Assembly: GCA_964520505.1 (NCBI GenBank)
Contig: CAZFQP010000002.1
Span: 26,804-90,803, forward strand
Source of the DNA: an uncultured Candidatus Saccharibacteria bacterium
Lineage (GTDB): Bacteria > Patescibacteriota > Doudnabacteria > UBA920
Length of the DNA: 64,000 nucleotides
Direction: 5' to 3'
The notes under the pieces: model-generated
Told to the model about the DNA's origin: nothing
The model's database searches: none
Seen by the model: only the letters and a program-made list of their open reading frames with translations
Position numbers and translations under genes: made by a program
Part shown: positions 1 through 8,943 of the stretch, piece after piece
Layout: every line of letters starts with the position of its first letter
How positions within the stretch are numbered: the first letter of the stretch is position 1

Positions 1-120
1 AACCATTGGTACTAGAGGCATAAAATTTTATCCTTAATCTTTAATCCTTTATCCTTACCAAACTGCGTTTTTACTGTTGTGAAATATAAATGATAAAGGA
101 TAATTATTGTTAAATTCTGA

Positions 121-1302
121 TTATTCCTCTTTTGCTTCGGCGGCTGCGGCGTCTAAACTTTCTTGTTCAACTGTTCCTTCCGGAGCCACTTCCACTTCTC
201 CAGGCTGTGGTTCTTCCGATTCTCCGACTCTCTGATTCTCTGATTCTCCGCTAAGCTTCTCGCCATTAATATCTATTTTCCATCCAGTCAGGCGGGCGGC
301 TAAGCGGACATTTTGTCCGGCTTTGCCAATGGCCAAAGACAACTGGTCTTCCAGCACGCCGACTTTGGCTTCTTTGACTTCTTCATTTAACTGAACATTC
401 AAAATTTTTGCCGGGGACAGGGAGTTGGCAATCAGTTTTACCGGATCTTCGCTGTATTCAATAATATCTATTTTTTCCCCGCCAAGTTCGGCCATAACAG
501 TTTGCACTCTGGCGCCGCGCTGACCTACACAGGAACCGATTGGGTCTATGCCATCCTGGTTGGAAAACACCGCTATTTTACTGCGACTGCCGGCTTCGCG
601 AGCCACGGCTTTTATTTCCACACTGCCGTTAAAAATTTCCGGCACTTCCAATTCAAATAATTTACGCACCATATCCGGATGGCTGCGGGACAGGGTAATT
701 TTAGGACCCTTGGTTGCCGGCTCAACGTGCAAAATTAAAACTTTCAAACGCTGGCCGATCGAATATTTTTCTCCGCGAATCTGCTCCGAAGGAAACAGCA
801 CGCCGGTGGCTTTGCCCATATCTACCAAAATGGTATCCCCTTCAATTCTTTGGATGACGCCGTTTTGCAAAGTTCTTTCCTTAGCCTTAAAGTCGGAAAA
901 TTGCACATTGCGTTCCGCTTCGCGCAACTTTTGGATAATTACCTGCTTGGCGGTTTGCGCGGCAATGCGGCCGTAAGACGTTCCGGTTTTCGGAGTAATT
1001 TCCGTGCGGATTTCATCACCAACCTTGGCCGACTTTTTTAATTTTTTCGCTTCGTCTATATCTATTAATTTTTGCGGATCTTCTTCAGCTTCGCTGGCGG
1101 TTTCCACTACGGTTTTTACGTCAAAAACTTTGGTGGCCATATTTTCCGGATTAAATTCCACCACGATATTCTGATTTTTTTCGCCGTAATCTTTTCTAAA
1201 AGCCGCGGCTAAAGACACCTCGATCATACTAATCAAGTCGGCTCTGCTTATGCCTTTTTCTTCGGCAATCTGGTCTAACGCTTGTTCTAATTGTTCATTC
1301 AT
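121..1302 (-). CDS. nusA: transcription termination/antitermination factor NusA
   Basis: 393-aa ORF; NusA N-terminal domain, S1 and tandem KH (GxxG) motifs recognisable in the translation; acidic C-terminal tail. Confidence 0.9.
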   Translation of the reverse strand: MNEQLEQALDQIAEEKGISRADLISMIEVSLAAAFRKDYGEKNQNIVVEFNPENMATKVFDVKTVVETASEAEEDPQKLIDIDEAKKLKKSAKVGDEIRTEITPKTGTSYGRIAAQTAKQVIIQKLREAERNVQFSDFKAKERTLQNGVIQRIEGDTILVDMGKATGVLFPSEQIRGEKYSIGQRLKVLILHVEPATKGPKITLSRSHPDMVRKLFELEVPEIFNGSVEIKAVAREAGSRSKIAVFSNQDGIDPIGSCVGQRGARVQTVMAELGGEKIDIIEYSEDPVKLIANSLSPAKILNVQLNEEVKEAKVGVLEDQLSLAIGKAGQNVRLAARLTGWKIDINGEKLSGESENQRVGESEEPQPGEVEVAPEGTVEQESLDAAAAEAKEE

Positions 1303-1308
1303 ATTTGT

Positions 1309-1384
1309 CCACTAATGCACTAATAGCACGAATGACACGAATTCAGTTTTAGTGATATTGGTGTGATTCGTGAATTAGTGGATA
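1309..1384. repeat. second intergenic repeat family (CACTAATGCACTAAT...ATTCGTSAATTAGTGG), copy 1, directly upstream of nusA
   Basis: inverted termini CACTAAT/ATTAGTG; second copy at 2971-3045 directly upstream of the methyltransferase gene. Confidence 0.55.
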
Positions 1385-1440
1385 TATTTAATTGTTATTT
1401 AATTGTAGTGTGAAGACAAAAAAAGATGAGACCGGCTCAT

Positions 1441-1869
1441 CTAGAAAGAATCTTCAACAACATTCATTAATATTTTAGCACACTTAAACGATTTGTCAAC
1501 CTCACTGTATTCCGCCACATAAACGTCTATTTGTGGCCTTAGGCCGGCCAGTTTCGGATTTCTCAACAAAAACAGCTTGGCCGCACTCAATAGTTTGGCT
1601 TGTTTCGACCAATTAACCGCTTCTTGTCCGCTACCAAATTTATTAAACCCCGGCTTTCTGGTTTTAACTTCCACAAAAGCCAAATGGTCTTTACCTTGGG
1701 CAATAAAATCTATCTCCCCTCTCCTCAGGCCCTTTTTATTAAATTCATTTTTGGCGATGATTTTATATCCTAACTTTTCATACTCTCTTTGTGCAAATTC
1801 CTCGCCCAGCTGGCCAAGAGATTTTGGTTTTGCCGGGATAGCCGGTTTGGGTTTAAAAAAATTGAACAT
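1441..1869 (-). CDS. YraN-family (UPF0102) endonuclease-like protein
   Basis: 142 aa; 'GEIDFIA...VEVKTRK' core typical of the YraN/UPF0102 family; N-terminal basic extension. Confidence 0.5.
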   Translation of the reverse strand: MFNFFKPKPAIPAKPKSLGQLGEEFAQREYEKLGYKIIAKNEFNKKGLRRGEIDFIAQGKDHLAFVEVKTRKPGFNKFGSGQEAVNWSKQAKLLSAAKLFLLRNPKLAGLRPQIDVYVAEYSEVDKSFKCAKILMNVVEDSF

Positions 1870-1877
1870 AAAAATTT

Positions 1878-1948
1878 CTACTAAATACTAAAAAACTAAA
1901 TTACTAAACCAGCTATTTTCGTACTTTCGTTATTTTAGTATTTAGTAG
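1878..1948. repeat. AT-rich intergenic element with 16-bp terminal inverted repeats (CTACTAAATACTAAAA...TTTTAGTATTTAGTAG), copy 1
   Basis: perfect 16-bp TIRs; copies at 2357-2428 and 11131-11229. Confidence 0.7.
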
Positions 1949-1951
1949 AGG

Positions 1952-2344
1952 CTACTTCGGTAAGTATTTTAATTTTTGTTGCTCCTTTACCCAAACAGTT
2001 TTTTCTTCACCGTAGTGTTTTATGGTTTTTACCGCCAGCCAGACCAGCCAGACCAACCCGACTAAAATAATTAACCAGTTGGCAAAATAACTGCCAAATA
2101 AAGTAATATTTTGCGCCCTAAACTCATACCACACCATTTCCAAAATACCAATGGTCAACAATGCGACATAAAATTTCCCGCGATATTTTTTGTCAGCCGG
2201 AGTTGGCGCCATAACGCTGGAAATTTTTAGCACAATGGCAATTAACACCAGCACTCCCCCGGCCATTAACGCCAGCTTGTCTTTGGCAACAACAGGATTA
2301 ATTTGAAACAAATATTGAGATGTTAATAAATTTTTTATTGTCAT
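1952..2344 (-). CDS. hypothetical membrane protein (3-4 TM)
   Basis: 130 aa, hydrophobic helices; no recognisable motif. Confidence 0.4.
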   Translation of the reverse strand: MTIKNLLTSQYLFQINPVVAKDKLALMAGGVLVLIAIVLKISSVMAPTPADKKYRGKFYVALLTIGILEMVWYEFRAQNITLFGSYFANWLIILVGLVWLVWLAVKTIKHYGEEKTVWVKEQQKLKYLPK

Positions 2345-2356
2345 AATAAATTATTA

Positions 2357-2428
2357 CTACTAAATACTAAAAAAACTAAACTACTAAACCTGCTTTTTTC
2401 GTACTTTCGTTATTTTAGTATTTAGTAG
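2357..2428. repeat. AT-rich TIR element, copy 2
   Basis: ~90% identical to copy 1. Confidence 0.7.
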
Positions 2429-2433
2429 AAGTT

Positions 2434-2973
2434 TTATTTCTCAAATAAAACAGCATAATGATACCCGTCGGTGTCCAAGTCTTTTATTTTACGCAAACCG
2501 GTCTGCATAAGCATTACCTCCACTTTCTGCTGGTCTATGCGCTTGTCTATTGCGGGACCAAACGGAGATGCGGTTTTTTTCCATTCCACAATTACCACAC
2601 GACCGGGAACTTTTAATATTCGATAAATATTTTTAACCAGCTGTTCTTTGTTGGAAATTTCGTGCATAATGTTTCCGACAATTACCATATCGCATGAGTT
2701 GGGAGCAATATCCAGAATGGGTTTAGCTAAATCTGCCTGCACCACTCGCACATTTTTATAACCAAACTGTCCGGCAATGGAAACCGTAGCGGCCAACTTT
2801 TCTTCCATTACATCTACCGCCAACACTTCTCCGGTGGAACCAACCATTTGCGCCGCCGGCAAAACGTAAAACCCGTTGCCGCAGCCCAAATCGGCCACCA
2901 CTTCGCCTTGCATCAAGCCGGTTTGCGCCACTATTTCACTTGGATTTAAAAATTTTGACATTTTGTTTTTCAC
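2434..2973 (-). CDS. class I SAM-dependent methyltransferase
   Basis: 179 aa; 'VADLGCGNG' glycine-rich SAM-binding motif I followed by an acidic motif II ('VLAVD'); the ORF-track start (GTG) is probably replaced by the ATG at M5. Confidence 0.6.
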   Translation of the reverse strand: MKNKMSKFLNPSEIVAQTGLMQGEVVADLGCGNGFYVLPAAQMVGSTGEVLAVDVMEEKLAATVSIAGQFGYKNVRVVQADLAKPILDIAPNSCDMVIVGNIMHEISNKEQLVKNIYRILKVPGRVVIVEWKKTASPFGPAIDKRIDQQKVEVMLMQTGLRKIKDLDTDGYHYAVLFEK

Positions 2974-3045
2974 TAATGCACTAATTTTACGAATTACACT
3001 AATGCTAGTATTGGTAATATTAGTAGAGATTCGTCAATTAGTGGA
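2971..3045. repeat. second intergenic repeat family, copy 2
   Basis: see copy 1. Confidence 0.55.
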
Positions 3046-3055
3046 TAATTAAATT

Positions 3056-3307
3056 TTAGGCTTCCAACTTTACGTTAACTTTCTCTGCCAACTTCTTAAA
3101 CCATTGGTCATGCCTGTCCAGTCTCGCCCTAACCATAACCATTTCTGTGTTCCAATCTTTGGTCTGCTTAACCACTTGATCTAAAGCGTTAGTTTGAGAA
3201 GCCAACACCTCTTTAATAGCAGCCGTTTCAGATTTAATTTCTTCAATATCCGCCCGTGTTGCTAAATTATTTATAGCCTTATCAAAATGTTCTTGTGTTA
3301 AGTCCAT
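3056..3307 (-). CDS. hypothetical coiled-coil protein
   Basis: 83 aa, helical/charged; no motif. Confidence 0.35.
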   Translation of the reverse strand: MDLTQEHFDKAINNLATRADIEEIKSETAAIKEVLASQTNALDQVVKQTKDWNTEMVMVRARLDRHDQWFKKLAEKVNVKLEA

Positions 3308-3370
3308 AAAATTGTCTTTAATGATACCTAAAAAATGTTTTGAATTATCTATCTAAACTCTTTATATAGA

Positions 3371-3721
3371 TTAACCAGCCCAATAGTTTGGCCCCGAACT
3401 CCAGACGTTGAATAAAAATACAAATAAAACGATACCTGCTAAATAAAATCCCCAATAATATATAAGCTTTAAAGTTCTTTCGCCATCATTTGAATTTAAA
3501 CCTAAGCGCCACTGGTAGAAAAGCCCGAAGGCAATAGATATAATCAATCCTGAAACTAAAAACCCAAACACTTTAAAATTTAATAATTCAGCCAAAGGAC
3601 TACTAATAGAAGAGAGAAACACTGCCAATATCATAGCAAATAAAATAGAGGCAACTCCGCCAAATAATCCAACAAAAAACCCATTTACGCTGGCACTGAT
3701 TTTAGAAACGCTTCCAGACAT
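3371..3721 (-). CDS. hypothetical membrane protein
   Basis: 116 aa, 3 predicted TM helices. Confidence 0.4.
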   Translation of the reverse strand: MSGSVSKISASVNGFFVGLFGGVASILFAMILAVFLSSISSPLAELLNFKVFGFLVSGLIISIAFGLFYQWRLGLNSNDGERTLKLIYYWGFYLAGIVLFVFLFNVWSSGPNYWAG

Positions 3722-3745
3722 ACTTTAAAAATTAAAATAATTAGG

Positions 3746-4549
3746 TCAATTAGAAATTTCTTGGTAGAGTTTTGTTATTGCCGTGGCTTTGCCACCGGTT
3801 GATGTTTCTACAAGTGTGCCGTTGATTTGCAAAACCCCTTCTTCTTCCAATTCATTTACAAACTTGCCTTGTTCCAAAAACTTTTTTAAAACATTTTCCG
3901 GTTTAACGCCGATTACTCCGTTTAAAGCGCCGGTCATACCCGTGTCGGTAATATAGGCAGTGGCCTTAGCTAAAATTCTGGCATCGGCTGTTGGGACATG
4001 GGTGTGAGTGCCGGTTAAAAAACTCACTCGGCCGTCCAAATAATAACCCATGGCAACTTTTTCGCTGGTCGCTTCCGCGTGGAAGTCCACAATTATTATA
4101 TCACCTTTTTGCGCTTCCTGCGCTAACAGTTTATCAATAGCCAAAAACGGGTTAGCAATTTCACCGTCAAACTGATTTTCCATAAAAACCTGGCCGTTGA
4201 GGTTAACAACCAAGAATTGATTACCCTGTTTGGCAAAACGATAGTAGCCAAACCCGGGAAATTGGCCAACAAAATTGGCCGGACGGATTAGTTTAGGATA
4301 TTTTTCAAAACATTCCGCTGAAAGATGATGTTTGTTGAATATATGATTGCCGGAAGTAAAACAGTCTATGCCTAAATTATCAATATCCGCCAAAGTAGAC
4401 GGCGTCACTCCTTTTCCGTGGGCTAAATTTTCCACATTCACGATTACCGCATCTGGCTGATACTCACTTTGCCATTGCGGCAAGACCTCACGCAATATTT
4501 TGCGCCCCGGTTTCCCTACTACATCGCCGATGAAAAGTATTTTTGCCAA
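3746..4549 (-). CDS. ymdB: YmdB-family metallophosphoesterase (2',3'-cyclic-nucleotide 2'-phosphodiesterase)
   Basis: 267 aa; N-terminal 'ILFIGDVVGKPGR...NVEN..HG' calcineurin-like motifs of the TIGR00282/YmdB family; TTG start; lies immediately downstream of rny as in Bacillus. Confidence 0.8.
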   Translation of the reverse strand: MAKILFIGDVVGKPGRKILREVLPQWQSEYQPDAVIVNVENLAHGKGVTPSTLADIDNLGIDCFTSGNHIFNKHHLSAECFEKYPKLIRPANFVGQFPGFGYYRFAKQGNQFLVVNLNGQVFMENQFDGEIANPFLAIDKLLAQEAQKGDIIIVDFHAEATSEKVAMGYYLDGRVSFLTGTHTHVPTADARILAKATAYITDTGMTGALNGVIGVKPENVLKKFLEQGKFVNELEEEGVLQINGTLVETSTGGKATAITKLYQEISN

Positions 4550-4643
4550 TTTATAATCCTAATGTTCCGAATTAATATCCTAATGTTCCGAATGGGCCCA
4601 TTTGGGGCATTTGGATTGCAGTTTTGGATTATTCGGATTATGT

Positions 4644-6182
4644 TTATCTCGCGTACTCGATTACCCTGGTTTCCCTAATGACATGCACTTTAATTTCACC
4701 CGGGAACTTTAATTCCGCTTCCAATTTGTTGGCAATATCCCTGGCTAACTTTTGACAGCCCAGGTCATCCAATTTGGAAGGGGTGACAAACACGCGAATT
4801 TCACGGCCGCCCTGAATGGCATAAGTTTTTTCCACGCCTTCAAAACCATTGGCCATATTTTCCAAATCGGTCAGGCGTTTAATATAATTTTCCAAAGTGT
4901 CCTTGCGGGCTCCCGGACGGGCGCCGGAAATGTTGTCGCAGGCGTCGACAATAATCGCTTCCACGCTCTGCGCGGCCACAGCTTTACCGGAGACGTCGGT
5001 ATCGGCGTGATGGCTGGCAATGGCTTCTACTACTCTTGGATCCAGGCCAAATTTTTCCGCTACTTTTTTACCCAATTCCACGTGACTGCCTTCCAAATCC
5101 TGGTCTAGCGCTTTGCCAATATCATGAAGCAGGGCGCCTTGTTTGGTAATTAAGACATCGGCACCTAATTCTTCAGCCATTAACGCGCCAAGCTTCGCCA
5201 TTTCTACCGAGTGGCGTAAAATATTCTGGCCATAAGAAGTTCTAAACATCATTCTGCCGATTAAATGCACCAATTTCGGCGGGAAATTGGTAATGCCCAA
5301 ATCGTAAACCGCCTGTTGGCCGGCTTCTTTAATTTGTTCATTAATTTCCGCTTTGCTCTTTTCGTAAGCTTCTTCAATTCTGGCCGGATGAATGCGTCCG
5401 TCCGCCAATAATTTTTCCAAAGTCATTTTGGCAATATGGCGGCGAATGGAATTAAACCCGGAAATCACCACGGTGTCCGGACTGTCGTCTATTAAAATTT
5501 CCACACCCATCATCTGCTCAAAAGCGCGAATGTTGCGGCCTTCTTTACCGATAATACGGCCTTTCATTTCTTCGCTGGGAATTTGCACGGTGGTGGTGGT
5601 AACTTCCGCGGTCACTTCCGAAGCCACGCGTTCAATGGCCTGAGCCACAATGTTTCGGGCGTCGCGCTCGGCGTCTTCGTGAGCCTGATTAAGTAATTTT
5701 TTATGCAAAGAGACCATTTCTTCTTTGACGGTCTTTTCTGCGTTATCTAATAACACCTTAGCAGCTTCTTCGCGGGTCATACCGGCAATTTTTTGCAAAT
5801 TGTCCAACTGCTTTTGGCGCAATTCCTTAATTTCTTCCTGAATTTGCTTAATTTGTTCGCCTTTAGTTTCCAAGTCGGCTTTCTGCTTTTCCACCACATT
5901 GGTTTTTTGATCCAATTCTTTTTCGCGGCGGTCAATGCGTTCTTCAAAACGCACAATTTGGGAACGGAACTCCTGTTCCTGCTTTTTGGCTTGGTCAATA
6001 ATTTCCAAAGACCTCGACTTGGCGTCGAGTAATAAATCTTTTTCCTTGCGATGAGCTTCTTCTAAAATCTTTTCAGCTCGCGCTTCTGCGCTGCCGATTT
6101 TCTTGCCGGCCATGGACTGGCGCACCAAAAAACCAACAGCCGCTCCTCCGACTGCTCCTAACAAAATATATAATACAATCAT
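4644..6182 (-). CDS. rny: ribonuclease Y
   Basis: 512 aa; N-terminal TM helix, long coiled coil, KH domain ('IIGKEGRNIR') and HD domain ('LLHDIGKA'). Confidence 0.9.
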   Translation of the reverse strand: MIVLYILLGAVGGAAVGFLVRQSMAGKKIGSAEARAEKILEEAHRKEKDLLLDAKSRSLEIIDQAKKQEQEFRSQIVRFEERIDRREKELDQKTNVVEKQKADLETKGEQIKQIQEEIKELRQKQLDNLQKIAGMTREEAAKVLLDNAEKTVKEEMVSLHKKLLNQAHEDAERDARNIVAQAIERVASEVTAEVTTTTVQIPSEEMKGRIIGKEGRNIRAFEQMMGVEILIDDSPDTVVISGFNSIRRHIAKMTLEKLLADGRIHPARIEEAYEKSKAEINEQIKEAGQQAVYDLGITNFPPKLVHLIGRMMFRTSYGQNILRHSVEMAKLGALMAEELGADVLITKQGALLHDIGKALDQDLEGSHVELGKKVAEKFGLDPRVVEAIASHHADTDVSGKAVAAQSVEAIIVDACDNISGARPGARKDTLENYIKRLTDLENMANGFEGVEKTYAIQGGREIRVFVTPSKLDDLGCQKLARDIANKLEAELKFPGEIKVHVIRETRVIEYAR

Positions 6183-6400
6183 AAAGACCTTACATTTCCG
6201 TTATTGTAAGGCGCACATAGGTATGCAACAAAACGGCTAACAATTAGCCGATAATCTTTTTTAGAGATTTGCTTCTAACGAAATTAAACACGTTTAGAAA
6301 AATCAGTAATAAAAAGACACTTTTGCTGGAATTACCCCTGTGCGACTTTTAGCGGAAGATTAAAAATTCAACTTAATTAACACCTATAGCCTACCACAAT

Positions 6401-6429
6401 TTGCGATTCCCGTCAATCACGTCTATAAT
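6401..6429 (+). promoter_or_regulatory. sigma70-like promoter TTGCGA-N17-TATAAT upstream of sodA
   Basis: hexamers read directly in the sequence; ~75 nt upstream of the sodA ATG. Confidence 0.5.
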
Positions 6430-6502
6430 CTAATAAATTACCATTTATAATTTAATAAGACGATCTTGATTAAACTTTCGGGTCGGATGGGAGAGTAAAA
6501 TT

Positions 6503-7084
6503 ATGATTTATCAACTGCCAAAATTATCTTATGACTATGGCGCTCTGGAACCATATATAGACGCCAAGACTATGGAAATCCACCACACCAAACACCATCA
6601 GGCTTATATAGATAAGCTTAATGGCGTATTGGAAAAATACCCGGAACTGGCGGAGCAGCCTTTAGAACAACTGCTGCAAAATATTAAAACCTTGCCGGTT
6701 GACGAGAAAGACCGGCTAATGATTCAAAACCACGGCGGCGGGCACTGGAACCATTCCTTCTTTTGGGAAATAATGGCTCCACAAAAAGCCGTTGACCAAA
6801 AGCTGGTTAATGATATTACCGAAGCGTTTGGCAGCGTGGAAGAATTTAAGAAAAAATTTAGTGATGCCGCTTCGTCCCGATTCGGATCGGGATGGGCCTG
6901 GCTGGTTCGTAAAGCCGACGGCAAGCTGGATGTTTACTCCACCGGCAACCAAGACTGTCCCCTAATGCAAAATGACACGCCATTAATCGGTCTGGATGTT
7001 TGGGAACACGCCTACTACTTAAAATATCAAAACAAGCGTCCCGATTACATTGCCGCCTGGTGGCAAGTGCTTAAGCTTATATAA
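6503..7084 (+). CDS. sodA: Fe/Mn superoxide dismutase
   Basis: 193 aa; '[14 protein letters not shown]' and 'DVWEHAYYL' signature motifs. Confidence 0.9.
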   Translation: MIYQLPKLSYDYGALEPYIDAKTMEIHHTKHHQAYIDKLNGVLEKYPELAEQPLEQLLQNIKTLPVDEKDRLMIQNHGGGHWNHSFFWEIMAPQKAVDQKLVNDITEAFGSVEEFKKKFSDAASSRFGSGWAWLVRKADGKLDVYSTGNQDCPLMQNDTPLIGLDVWEHAYYLKYQNKRPDYIAAWWQVLKLI

Positions 7085-7217
7085 TCTAAAAAGGGCTGCC
7101 CTTGCCAAAAAGGCAGTCCTTTTTAACAATACTTTCTACACTTGTCTAATTTTTTCTGTAATTACATATAAATTTAGACAAGTGGATAAAGGGCTTAAAG
7201 TTAATATAAAAAGAGTT

Positions 7218-7249
7218 AGGCCGCCGTGATGTGAAAATCACGGCGGCCT
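7218..7249 (-). terminator. GC-rich hairpin (13-bp stem) terminator downstream of the 7270-7605 CDS
   Basis: AGGCCGCCGTGAT/ATCACGGCGGCCT stem followed by a T-rich tract on the minus strand. Confidence 0.55.
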
Positions 7250-7269
7250 TGTTGTTGATGGCGGCAAAT

Positions 7270-7605
7270 CTAGGCAAACTGGGAAGCCAAGTTGTTCCGT
7301 ATGGGCGCATTGCCACAAACATTGTCTTCCAGCTTGGAAATATCTGCCTTAACCTGATGCAGGCGACCCAAAATCGGGCCAAGAGAAGTGGGCGCAGCAG
7401 GCGCCGGCTGACCGACACAGACAGGTTCAGCACTTTTCACTTCGCCAATCAGCGTTTCCAACTCCTTGGCCGATCGCCAAAAAGTTTCTCTCAGGTCACT
7501 ATCAGATTTTCCGCCCTTTAGAGCGTCCTTGTAATTTTGCGCCGCCTGATTAAACGTTCTTAGCGGCGCAGATACCTTTGCCATTACAGCATCAAACTCT
7601 GACAT
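7270..7605 (-). CDS. hypothetical protein (GC-rich cassette A)
   Basis: 111 aa; AAGGAGG 4 nt upstream of the ATG; local GC well above the genome background; own terminator. Confidence 0.55.
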   Translation of the reverse strand: MSEFDAVMAKVSAPLRTFNQAAQNYKDALKGGKSDSDLRETFWRSAKELETLIGEVKSAEPVCVGQPAPAAPTSLGPILGRLHQVKADISKLEDNVCGNAPIRNNLASQFA

Positions 7606-7892
7606 ACTGCCTCCTTAAAACTATGTACTCACATTTTTGGCTATAAAACTTTACAGACAAAAATCTGCTTACAAAAAAACCTCCCAAATAGGAGGTTTAG
7701 AAAACGGAAAAATTAAAAAACAAGTTATTGGGAATGGATTGGCGGTGTTTGAATAGGGCTTTTTGGTTCATTGAAATTAATTAACTTTCTTGGTTATTTT
7801 ACTCCCGGGAAAAAACTTCGTCAAACGCGGTTGTCCACAAAAGAAAGCCGCCCCGAATCCGAAATCGGGGCGGCAAATGTTGAGCGTGGTTG

Positions 7893-8840
7893 TCAGCCTT
7901 TTATGACCCATTCTAAGAGCGCCATACGGACAAAGAGCCCGTTTTCCGCTTGGCGAAAATAAGCCGCGCGCGGGTCGTCGTCCACCTCAGTCTTGATTTC
8001 GCCAACCCGGGGGAACGGATGCATTAGAATGGCCCACTTGGGCAGCCATATCATTTGCTCGAGGCCTATGATGTATTGTGCCGCGACATCAGCCGGAACC
8101 GATTCCTCGCCCTCCACCTTCCGTTCATTTTGAACGCGTGTCCAATAAACGACATGTGCTCGCCGAAATGACCCTTCCACATCACCACTTTCCTCAAAGG
8201 TCGTACCCTTCTCACGCAAGTGTTCTTTGATGTCCTCACCCACGCGAAGCTGGGGAGGAGACAGAAAAATGATGTGGTTGCCGGGATACTTACTGAGCAA
8301 GTAAGCCAGCGACCGGACGGTTCGACCACGCTTAAGGTCACCGCCAATGACCACAGTAAGGCCATGCAGTTGGCCAAGTTCCATCTTGATAGTGTAAGTA
8401 TCCAGCACGGCTTGGGTTGGATGCTGGCCACGACCGTCGCCGCCGTTGATAATAGGAACGAGGCTAACCAAAGACGCCCGTTCAGCAGCGCCGTCCAACT
8501 TATGCCTCATCACAATTACGTCCGGAGCGTAGGAAGAAATGATGCGAATAGTGTCTTCCAGAGTTTCACCTTTGATGGTGGAAGAAAATTCGCCGGCATT
8601 TTCACTGCCCTCGACAGCCATTCCTAAAACCTGAGCGGCTTGTACAAAGGATATGCGGGTCCTGGTTGAAGGCTCCCAGAACATATAGATCATTCTGAGA
8701 CCCTTAAGAACATCCAGGAGATCAAGCCTGTTGCCGTTTTTGACAATTCCCCGAAACTCTTCGGCTCGCTTAAAAATGGTTGCGAGGAGATCCGGAGTGA
8801 ACATTTGAGACTTTACCACGTGTCTCATAAAATCCTCCAT
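7893..8840 (-). CDS. pyrB: aspartate carbamoyltransferase catalytic subunit
   Basis: 'STRTR', 'HPTQ' and C-terminal 'HPFPRVGEI..EVD' (the ATCase HPLPRVDEI motif); probable true start is the Met at ~8828 preceded by GGAGGA; GC-rich; own hairpin terminator at 7848-7875. Confidence 0.75.
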   Translation of the reverse strand: MEDFMRHVVKSQMFTPDLLATIFKRAEEFRGIVKNGNRLDLLDVLKGLRMIYMFWEPSTRTRISFVQAAQVLGMAVEGSENAGEFSSTIKGETLEDTIRIISSYAPDVIVMRHKLDGAAERASLVSLVPIINGGDGRGQHPTQAVLDTYTIKMELGQLHGLTVVIGGDLKRGRTVRSLAYLLSKYPGNHIIFLSPPQLRVGEDIKEHLREKGTTFEESGDVEGSFRRAHVVYWTRVQNERKVEGEESVPADVAAQYIIGLEQMIWLPKWAILMHPFPRVGEIKTEVDDDPRAAYFRQAENGLFVRMALLEWVIKG

Positions 8841-8943
8841 TAGGATTTAAGATGTGCGAATCTGCGGGCTACGGTAGCCGGCAGATATATACATCTCTTA
8901 CAAAAAACCCCTTGGCTTTTGGCCAAAGGGTTCAATGATAAAA

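Noticed and set aside
8066-8627. ORFs 8066-8431 (-) and 8220-8627 (+) inside pyrB
   Set aside because: Alternative frames within a confidently identified, motif-rich pyrB gene.
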